A DNA stretch of 64,000 bases from Mantamonas sphyraenae STR306. Its lineage: Eukaryota; Protista; CRuMs. Under the pieces are notes generated by a model. That model was not told the origin of the DNA. It did no database searches and was given only the letters and a program-made list of their open reading frames with translations. The position numbers and the translations under genes were made by a program. Positions 1 to 8,494 of this stretch are shown here, piece after piece. Location: contig JAPMXV010000053.1 of NCBI GenBank assembly GCA_026936335.1, positions 124,001-188,000 on the forward strand. Reading direction: 5' to 3'. The number at the start of each line of letters is the position of its first letter. Within the stretch, counting starts at the first letter, position 1.

Positions 1-108
1 AAGTGGTGACACGTTTGCACACGGGTGACGCGAGTACAGCGGAGATATGTTTGCGCAAGGGGATTGGAGGGCGTGCAATGAATGTGTGTCGCAGTGTGGC
101 TGTGAAGT

Positions 109-1140
109 CTATTTGAGAAGGAGCTGCTCTTGCACCATGATGCTGGCGCCCATGATGAGCATGACGACGCCGACAATGAGGTTCATGATCATCTGGTTGA
201 CTCGAAAGGCAACGCGAGTGCCGACAAGCGTTCCGATGAGTCCGAAGGAGGCGATGATGAGGAGGTGAGACCAGATGAGGGGCCACTGGACAAGAGAGCG
301 TGCATGGCCGACTGTGGGGCCGACGAGAGGGTCAAGGAAGCAGTAGAGAGTGCAGAGGACGGCCATGAGCATGCCGCAGGTGAGACATCCCGTGCCGATG
401 GCGGTCTGAAGGTCCATGTGAAGAAAGAACATATACAGGAGGACAAACATCATGCCGCTTCCCATGCCCAGGATGCCTGAGCAGGCGCCAAAGAACATGC
501 CCAGGACGACAGTGGCGGCCCATTCCCAGCGCGCAACTTTGGGGCCTCCGTGCGCGGCAGCAATCTCTTCGCGAGCACTGAGGTGATGTGTGGGGAATGT
601 ACTGTAGACCCCGTCGCGGTGGGAGTAGGCATGGGGTGTGGCGAGGAGTTTGTCTGATTGTTTGGGGGGAGGGTGGTGCGTGTCTGCGTTCACGCTATGC
701 TCGAGGTCGCCGCTGGAAGGGGATTGGGCAGACTCGCGCTCTCTGCGCCATTGCCTGTAGGCACGCACAAAGAAGCCCAGGGAGAAAGCAAAGACTGCCC
801 ACGGGAGGGAGCCCTTGAGGAAGGCGGTATGAGTGGGCAGCACTGTGCGAGTGGCAAAGACGAGAGTCAGAGAGCCGGCCAGTGACGCGAGGACGCCCAT
901 CATGAGGCCCTCGCTGAGGCTGATTTTCATCTGGCGCGAGTAGTACACGGCCAGATAGGTGAAGTTGAGAAAGTCGGAAAACATGGAGCAGAAGATGGCG
1001 TCAAAGATGTGAAAGTCGAGGCCGACATAGAGGAGGGGCACGACGAGGTTCCAGGCCGTGAAACCGATGACACTGGCCGAAAACCCAATCATGATGGACA
1101 GGGGCACCATGAGGAGGGCAAAGTAGCCAAAGCCGATCAT
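109..1140 (-). CDS. TauE/SafE (sulfite exporter, TSUP) family membrane protein
   Basis: Two repeated hydrophobic halves with TauE-type motifs (GFSASVIGFTAWNLVVP; GACSGILGMGSGMMFV; AIGTG). The ORF-track start is TTG. In-frame ATGs lie at 1200 and 1140, and 1140 was chosen. Confidence 0.75.
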   Translation of the reverse strand: MIGFGYFALLMVPLSIMIGFSASVIGFTAWNLVVPLLYVGLDFHIFDAIFCSMFSDFLNFTYLAVYYSRQMKISLSEGLMMGVLASLAGSLTLVFATRTVLPTHTAFLKGSLPWAVFAFSLGFFVRAYRQWRRERESAQSPSSGDLEHSVNADTHHPPPKQSDKLLATPHAYSHRDGVYSTFPTHHLSAREEIAAAHGGPKVARWEWAATVVLGMFFGACSGILGMGSGMMFVLLYMFFLHMDLQTAIGTGCLTCGMLMAVLCTLYCFLDPLVGPTVGHARSLVQWPLIWSHLLIIASFGLIGTLVGTRVAFRVNQMIMNLIVGVVMLIMGASIMVQEQLLLK

Positions 1141-1236
1141 CAGCAGGGTGGGAGATCGACTTTTGCTTGGGTGTGGAGAAGCGCACGCAGTGGGGAGCAT
1201 TGGAATTCGGATCAGAGTGTGGAAGGAGACATCAGC

Positions 1237-2109
1237 ATGAGCAACAGAGGCACGAAAATCGGATTGGCTCTGGGAGTCATTGGCATGACGGGCTCGGGAG
1301 GGTTGTTCTACGTTGGTCAACAGGATTTGCGACGCCAGGGCTGCTATGTGGAGAGCAAAGAGCTAGTGGACGGGGCCATGGGCAAACAGGAGCACGGATG
1401 GCTGGTGAATGGGTCGCTGACGATGCAGACGCAGAAGCAGGAGCGGTTGGCACGAATGAGCTGGGCGGTGACGGACGAGAGCGGAAACAAGGGCAGTGTG
1501 GTGCTTCGTGCGCACCTGGACACGTCTGCAGTGCAACAACAATGGTCAATCGACACACTGGAGGTGGAAATGGAGGCCAAGGGCGAGCGAAGGGTGCTTG
1601 TGGAGGACGGGGAGGCCACCGACCGAACAGAGGTGCTGGAAGAGTCGCACGGGAGTGGAAGCGGAAGCGGCGGCATGACAACCACATATCTACTGATGGC
1701 GGGAGGAGGGGCATTGCTAGGTGTGCTTCTGGGCACCATGGTAGTGCGCCGGCCTGGGAACGCAGCCAAGGCAGCAGGGAACGGGTCTGGAGGAGTGCCT
1801 GCGTCAAAGGCAGCCATCCAGACCGCACAAACATTTGTGGCGTCGCATCCATTGGTGCACAAGCACGTGGGAATGCCCATGAAGAACGCATCGAAGCCCG
1901 AAGGACGGCATCTGGGCGAGTTTGTTCAGGTGAACTGGGTGGTCGAGGGGAGCAAGGCACGTGCAGACGCCACAGTGCAGATGGTGGAAAGGGACAGTGT
2001 GGTGCGTGTGGGAGAGGCGCACGTGAGGATTCTGCCAAATGGGCGGCGCATCCCTCTCAAGGTGAAGGGCAAACTGGTGGGTGTGGAGCAGGCCGAGTCC
2101 ACCATGTGA
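1237..2109 (+). CDS. Protein with two tandem TM + Coa1/Tim21-like domains (putative mitochondrial inner-membrane assembly factor)
   Basis: From ATG 1237 (MSNRGTKIGLALG): TM, helix and beta-rich unit (GWLVNGSL..ARMSWAV..GNKGSV..WSIDTLEV). A second TM is followed by a similar unit (SHPLVHKHVGMPM..VNWVVEGSKARADATV..IPL). Confidence 0.55.
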   Translation: MSNRGTKIGLALGVIGMTGSGGLFYVGQQDLRRQGCYVESKELVDGAMGKQEHGWLVNGSLTMQTQKQERLARMSWAVTDESGNKGSVVLRAHLDTSAVQQQWSIDTLEVEMEAKGERRVLVEDGEATDRTEVLEESHGSGSGSGGMTTTYLLMAGGGALLGVLLGTMVVRRPGNAAKAAGNGSGGVPASKAAIQTAQTFVASHPLVHKHVGMPMKNASKPEGRHLGEFVQVNWVVEGSKARADATVQMVERDSVVRVGEAHVRILPNGRRIPLKVKGKLVGVEQAESTM

Positions 2110-2234
2110 GGTGAAGTGCAATGAGACACAGGATGGATTGATGACGGTTGTGGATAGTTGGCGACGGGTTTTGCATGGAGTCCACACAGTCGAGCGTGGG
2201 GGGGCTTTGCGACGGCCGACCCACCGCCGGCGAC

Positions 2235-3964
2235 ATGGAGGGGAAGAAGCAGCCCGTGCTGTTTGGAAGCAAGAGAGAGGTGGATGAGAATGGAAAGATT
2301 AAAATCGACCGCAAGGGCAAGGCCAAGGGTGAGTGAGAGGCGGGCGTTGATCGCGTGGGTTTTGTGTGCACAGCGGCGACTCTCTCTGACACGCGAGGGA
2401 ATGGCGCGCACGATGGACATGTGGACGATGGAAAATGGAACGCGGTGGGCTGCAGTGGTGCCTTGGTGGGAGAAGGAGGAGCAGGAGGAGTTTGAACGTC
2501 AGATCCGAGAGGCGGAGCTGCAGAAGAAGAAAGAGGAGAAGCGGAAAGCACGTCAAGAGGCGCGGCGGTTGCAAGCGGCATTAGACCAGGAAAAGCGGGA
2601 ACAGGAGTTGGCTCGACTGAATGCAGTGCAACCGAAGATGACGCCTGCTTCGGGGATCAAACTCACAGGCGCCGCGGGGACGCGCAAGGCAACGACGCCC
2701 AAGTTTGGGTTCGCGGCGCCGGGAGAGGGGCGGCGAATGCGGGGCGGGAAGGGGAACAGCGAGGAGTCATCGGGGCAAAAGGAGCAAGGGGACGGGAAGG
2801 AGGGTAAAGAAACAGAGGAAACGGGAGACAAGGCTGGCCGAGGCACGTCCAAGTCCTCGGGAGGGCGTTTCGGGAGCCGGTTTGGCAAGAAGGCGAACAG
2901 CGGAGGCGGGCGGTTTGGCAAGAAGAAGGTAGAGGAAGAGGAGACAGAAGCGGAGGGGCCAAAGGAGACAACAAACGCGTCGTCGGGACCAGGGAGCGGA
3001 AGCGCAGAGGTGTCGGGCAGCAGGCGAGCGGGTGGGGCGCGGCCGAATCCGTTTGGAGCGAACAACGCCAAACCCAAAAAGGAGAAGCCGGTGCGGTTTG
3101 GGAGGCGCAAACAAAAGGTAAGGGCCGGGGGAAGGTTGCGGCATGTGTAACATGGGCATGCGCACGCGATGAGTTTTGAGAGAAAGGCGCAGGTGTTGTG
3201 TGGATGGCCATGGGGAGCGGCGGAGAGGCGGATCACAACTTCCTGATCAGGAATCGCTGACACGGCAGACGGGCACGGGCAACCCACGGACGCCGATGAT
3301 GACACAGGAGGAGGAAGAGCGCATTAAGAGAGAGGAGGAGGAGGAGGCGGCGATGATGAGGCGGTACGAGGAATTGCTGAACGAGGCGGAAGGAAACATG
3401 CCCGAGTTTCCCGAGCTGAGCGAGGACGTGACGCTTGCGCAGTGGGAGCTGCAAATGCTTGTGTTGCAGCTGGAGACGCTGTGTATGCTGTGTAACGAGC
3501 AGTACACGACGCCTCGTACACTGGACGAGCAGGAGAGTGGGGCCCCGATGCCTGTGCGTATGCCGATGACACTGGAGTGCAACCACTGCTTCTGTGCACG
3601 CTGCGTGGCAGAGTTTGCCACAGATGGTGTGCTTGTGTGCAGCATGGATCAGTGTGGCAAAGAGTCGCGCGTGGAGAACTTGAGGCCAAACGTCAAGTTT
3701 ATCCGTTTGTTGAACATCATCCGCACAATGATGTCCATGCTGAATCAAGATATGTCGCAGGACGCATTCCTGCGCAGGCTGACGGACATCCAACCAGGCA
3801 TCGGGGCGTCAGGAGCTGGCGGGGCCGGCGAGGACGAGGACGATGACATTGAGGATGACATTGAGGATGACGACGGAGAGGATACAGAGGATGTGGATGA
3901 GGAGGGTGTGGATGAGGAGGGTGAGGAGAACGACGAGGTAGAGGAGGGTGAGGTGAGGGCGTGA
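2235..3964 (+). CDS. RING-finger protein with N-terminal coiled coil, RFG/FG-rich region and acidic tail (3 exons)
   Basis: Introns 2329-2455 (GTGAGT..GCAG, phase 1) and 3118-3268 (GTAAGG..CTGAC..GCAG, phase 0) join three ORF-track segments in frame. RING: CMLC..CNHCFCARC..CSMDQC. Confidence 0.65.
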
Positions 3965-3985
3965 GAAATTGAGATTTCAGTTTGT

Positions 3986-5530
3986 TCATGTGTTGCCCAC
4001 GAGAGACTCGTACGGGTGCAAGCCGAGGCCTGGAAACAGGGACGGGTCGTGCTGCGCGTCGTCGTTGATGTCGTAGACGAGAGGCAGCTCGGGATGGTCG
4101 ATGACATGGTCTTCGCGGACGTCAAAGTACCAGTCACGGTAGGAGACGACGTCTTCCGGGAAGAATCGACGTGCCTGGGTGCCACTGTCGTGGCTGCGGT
4201 CGGCCCTGCTGCGAAGCTTGCGTGCGTCAGCGTTGACAAAGCTGAACGTGATGGCCTGGCGGACGTGGCCATCGGGCATGTGGTCCGTGCGTGCGGCGGA
4301 ATGGATGGTCCAGCCAGAATGAGCTGAACAGTCGCCCACACGCAGGCCTTTGTATGCGACGACGTCGTAGCGGGCAGCCACGAGAGCAGCCATGCTCGAA
4401 GGATCCGGAAACCAGCGCAGCAGGGTCTTGTCGGAGTGGGAACGGGAAGCAAAGCGCAACATGGAGTCGTTGGCATGCATGTCGTGCAGGGGACACCACA
4501 GGGTGACATAGTCGTTTGTCTTGATGGGCACCATGTTGAGATCGCGATGCCAGGCTGTGGGCAGGTTGTACTGCAAGCCTTGTTCGTCCAGGCGCAGCTT
4601 CTCACTCGCATCCTGCATGCCACCGGCCGTTTTGAAAAATGCACCGGTTTGGTAGAGGCGCACCCGGGGCACCTGTAGCAGCTGAGCGGCAAGATGGCCG
4701 AGGCGACGCGAGAGCGCAAACACACGCACAGTGTCGTGTGACTTGTGCAGGTGCACCGATTGGTAGTAGGGAATGGCTGTGTGGCTGTGTGTCCGTGCAC
4801 GACAGCTCTCCACCGCTTGCACGAGCTCCTGCAACAGCAACGTGGTCTCGTTTGCGCTTTGCGGCGCCGCCTCCTCAATCCCCTTGGGCAACATCTCACC
4901 ACAGTCCAGGTACTCCAGGGCCGAGGCCAGATACTGCACCTCCCGCCTGCGCTTGGCCTCGCGGAAGGCGTCCAAGTGCTGTGCAAGCTCCGGGACCATG
5001 CGGTTTAGCCGTACGTGCCCGTTGCGCTGGTACAGCAGCACTGTTTGCGCAGGCAAGCGCAGGGTGCGATCCAACTTTAACCTGAGTTCCGTCTCCATGG
5101 CTGATTTCTTCTCCTGGGCCGATTGCCCCGCCGTGGCGCGTCGCGAGCCTCGCGGAGTGCGCGTGGGCTCGGGCGGCGGTATCCTCAGTGTTTCTGCGTC
5201 GGAGAGGTCGCTCTGCGGAGGAAACGCCTCCACCAATGGTTGCTCTGACTCGGCGCTGCCCTCTCTGCGGATGATGTCTGCCATGGAGACGCGTTGCAGG
5301 GGCACTGGCGAAGGACTTGGGGCAAACGGGTCGTCTTCCATCTGCACGCCTTCAGCCTCAAAGAAGCCAGTGTTGCCTCGTGCGTGCAGATGGCCGCCCG
5401 CTCCCTCTCCCTTTACATCTGAACTGCCTGTGGTCACGCGCTGGCCCGTCCTTGCGTCCAGCTCCACAATGGCTGTGGCGAGCGGTGGCAGCAAGACGAG
5501 GAGCACGAGAAGCAGCCAAACCCTCGCCAT
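3986..5530 (-). CDS. Phytanoyl-CoA dioxygenase (PhyH)-family Fe(II)/2OG oxygenase with signal peptide
   Basis: WHRD HxD motif, VTLWCPL, GDCSAHSGWTIHSA distal His, and RQAITFSF. Signal-like N-terminus MARVWLLLVLLVLLPPLATA. Confidence 0.85.
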   Translation of the reverse strand: MARVWLLLVLLVLLPPLATAIVELDARTGQRVTTGSSDVKGEGAGGHLHARGNTGFFEAEGVQMEDDPFAPSPSPVPLQRVSMADIIRREGSAESEQPLVEAFPPQSDLSDAETLRIPPPEPTRTPRGSRRATAGQSAQEKKSAMETELRLKLDRTLRLPAQTVLLYQRNGHVRLNRMVPELAQHLDAFREAKRRREVQYLASALEYLDCGEMLPKGIEEAAPQSANETTLLLQELVQAVESCRARTHSHTAIPYYQSVHLHKSHDTVRVFALSRRLGHLAAQLLQVPRVRLYQTGAFFKTAGGMQDASEKLRLDEQGLQYNLPTAWHRDLNMVPIKTNDYVTLWCPLHDMHANDSMLRFASRSHSDKTLLRWFPDPSSMAALVAARYDVVAYKGLRVGDCSAHSGWTIHSAARTDHMPDGHVRQAITFSFVNADARKLRSRADRSHDSGTQARRFFPEDVVSYRDWYFDVREDHVIDHPELPLVYDINDDAQHDPSLFPGLGLHPYESLVGNT

Positions 5531-5562
5531 CAATCGGTTTGCCTCCCGTTGCGCACACCGCT

Positions 5563-5960
5563 TCATTTCTCACCCTCTCCCATCACCCGCGCGTACAGTG
5601 CCTCGTCGTACGCCTTCAGGTGGGCCAAAGTCTTCTCGTTGAGCTTGTCCTTGGTGGCAATCCCTTCGTCGACAAGCTCCGCAAGATCCAACCTGTCGAT
5701 CATGCGCATCTCACGTGCCCCAAGGTAGTCCATAGGGTTCTCATACGCATCGTCATCGTCTGCGCTGATTCCCATGCAATTCAGAACAGCGTCGTTCACA
5801 TGTGCCGCGGGTTCCCTGCAATTTCGGGATGTCAGCGAGCGCGTTTGCGGAAAATGACCACAGCCTCGCGCCTTTCATGCTCTCAAACGCACTCTTCCGG
5901 CTCCAGCACCTTGCGACTTGCCATCTGCTGCGGCACACGGTAGGATTTCTTCATGCTCAT
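5563..5960 (-). CDS. Small hypothetical protein (~106 aa, 2 exons)
   Basis: MSMKKSYRVPQQ..PE joins EPAAHVNDAVLNC..GEK* through a 77-bp GTGCGT..TTGCAG intron (5892-5816). Confidence 0.6.
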
Positions 5961-6020
5961 CGTGCAATGATTTGGTGTGCGATTGCGTGTTGCGCTGGGG
6001 GTGTCATCGCAAACCAACTC

Positions 6021-8494
6021 ATGCTCGACGAACTCATTGCCAACAGCGGGGCGTCTGAGGCGTTGCAAGCACAAATGCATGCTTTAAAGGAACAGGCGGG
6101 CGTGTGCGAGCATTGGATGCGACATGGCGTGAGGAGGCGCGTGTTTTCGTCCGAGGCGAGCGTGACAAGCTGCTGGAGCAGCAGAGCAGCCAACAAGAGG
6201 CATTCTATGCTTTGGCAGAGGAAAGCGACGGCTGGGAAGAGCAGAATGTGACGGAGAAGCTGGAAGAGTGGTTGGCGGCGGGTTTGGAGCTGCGCTCTTC
6301 CATCGAAAAGATTTCTGAAGACATGGACGCCATGCTGATGTCGCCTCCAGGCGGAGAGGAGCGACAAGAAGCCATCGAAACATTTTGGGCCATGAGCGAC
6401 ACACTGATGGAGGATGCCAAAGCGGAGGAGGGCGTGGTTGTGCCGTGGCAACTTCGCCAGTGCGACACAGTGGATCCTGAGGGGAGCAACACCACAGTGG
6501 ACTTTGACGGCGGTCGTCTTGTGGACGCAGATGGCAACAACATCTTTGGATGTGAGTGTGCGTGCTGTGCGCGCGTGATCCAGGACGGGAAAGACGGCGA
6601 GGGCGACTTGCGCATGCATTGCCTCGATTGCCAGCGTGCGGACGTGTGCACCGAATGCCACCGGGCTCAACAAAAGGTTCTTGCGGCCTGCAAGCGCTTG
6701 GGTGTGCAAGACACGCCGGCGCGGCTTGAGAAGGAGTGGAATCCGCACCTCCACCATCTTCTGCGGCCTGAGACCAATGTGCCCGTGTACCTGCACCTGC
6801 CCATCACCTCGTCGCCCACCTTGGCAGTCGCTGTGCAGCGTGCGCTGGTGTTGTATGCCGAACGTCCGCTGTTTGGCATCCACGACTCGCATCCATCGTT
6901 TGCCTCTCTCGATGCCACCCTGCGCGTGCTGGACATGGAGTGGCTCCAACATGACGACATTCATTGGTTGCGTTATCGTGATGTCCATCGGCTGGCCCAT
7001 GGGCTCTCACAGACGCTGGTGAAAATCCACAGCGCCGGTACAGATCGCCTGGTGGGCATACTGTCCTCAAATCGATTGGAATGGCTCGTGGCCGACCTGG
7101 CCTGCACTCTGGCTGGCCTCCCGTCTGTGGGCATCCACTGTGACTGGCCCTGGGAGGAGATGAACTACGTATTGGAGAACGCAGATGTGGACACGTTGGT
7201 GTGTGATGCCAAGCACGGAGCACTTGTGACACAGCACCTTGAAGCACAGGCACCCTGCATGGTGATCATGGAGGAGCTGGCCTCAGTGGTGCGCGACAAC
7301 GAGGAGCTGGATACGTCGGAACTGCTTGCGGACGTCCACGAGGAGCAAGAGTCCATGGGGGAGGAGACGAACGACGTGCCCTATGCACTTGTGTATTCTT
7401 CAGGCACCACGGGCACACCCAAGGGCATTGTGGTGGGACGCAAGGCTTGGTACGCCTCCAACGCGCAACCGGTCTTCATCTCACCTTTCACTCTCATGTC
7501 CTACAACGCCCTCGCACACGCCATGGATCGCGGCCTTGCCTGGCAGGCGATGCTCAACGGAGGCAGGCTGGGAATGAGTGCAGATGTCTTTGTGGATGCG
7601 CCGCGCATCCAGCCCGTCATTTTCATGGCCATGTCCCATGTGTGGAACGAACTGTTCTCCCTGCACCAGAAGCTGGTGGCCGACCACGGCCAGGAGCATG
7701 CAGATGAGACCCTACGAGCCATGTTGGGTCCGCGCATTGTGCAGATCAGCACCGGCGGCGCTCCCATCTCTGACGTTGTCTTTGAGTGGATGCAGAGCAC
7801 GTTTGGGTGCCCTGCCACCAATGTGTACGGCGCCACCGAGTTGGCTGGAATCTCTTCCAATGGGGTCATTCGCAGCGGCGTCGACGTGAAGCTGGTCGAC
7901 GTCCCAGAGATGGGCTACTCGGCCACGGACAAACCACATCCGCGCGGCGAAATCTGGGCTCGTAGCGACGACATGGTCCAAGGATACTGGAAGAATCCAG
8001 AGGCCACTGAGGGTGCGTTTGTGGATGGCTGGTTCCGCACAGGCGACATTGGTGAACTGGATGACAACGGTCATCTGGCGGTCATCGACCGACTCAAGAA
8101 CCTCATCGAGCTGTACGTGGACGGCCGCAGCGTGTGGCTAAGTACAGGCAAGGTCACGGCTGTATTTCAACAATCGGCATTCGTGCACCAGGTGTTTGTG
8201 TACGGCGACCGGAACGAGGCCTTTCCGCTGTGCGTGGTTGTGCCCCCCGATCACATGCGTCACGAGGGATCGGCACCCACGCCCGACACGGTCCGCAACG
8301 ACCTGTGTCGTCTTGTCGAGGAGCATGCGTTGCCCCCCGCAGCGGCACCCGGGGCCGTTCTCTTGGAGCTCAACGAGCCCTTTTCCATCGACAACGGTCT
8401 GCTCACGGTCACCAACAAGCTTGCACGCAACAACCTGTTTGACAAATACGGCCATGCGTTGCACTCTCTCTACGGCTCCTTGGCCACCGGCTGA
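6021..8494 (+). CDS. Long-chain acyl-CoA synthetase / CAR-like adenylation enzyme with N-terminal ZZ-type zinc finger (frame break near 6085-6100)
   Basis: AMP-binding motifs YSSGTTGTPKG, YGATE, PRGEI, GWFRTGDIG, IDRLKN and NGLLTVTNKL. ZZ-like CACC..CLDC..DVCTEC..HLHH. The N-terminal MLDELIANS segment is in another frame. Confidence 0.85.

Noticed and set aside
3176-3964. RING ORF as a separate gene
   Set aside because: A phase-compatible intron (3118-3268) with a branch point joins it to the upstream exon, so a single gene is preferred.
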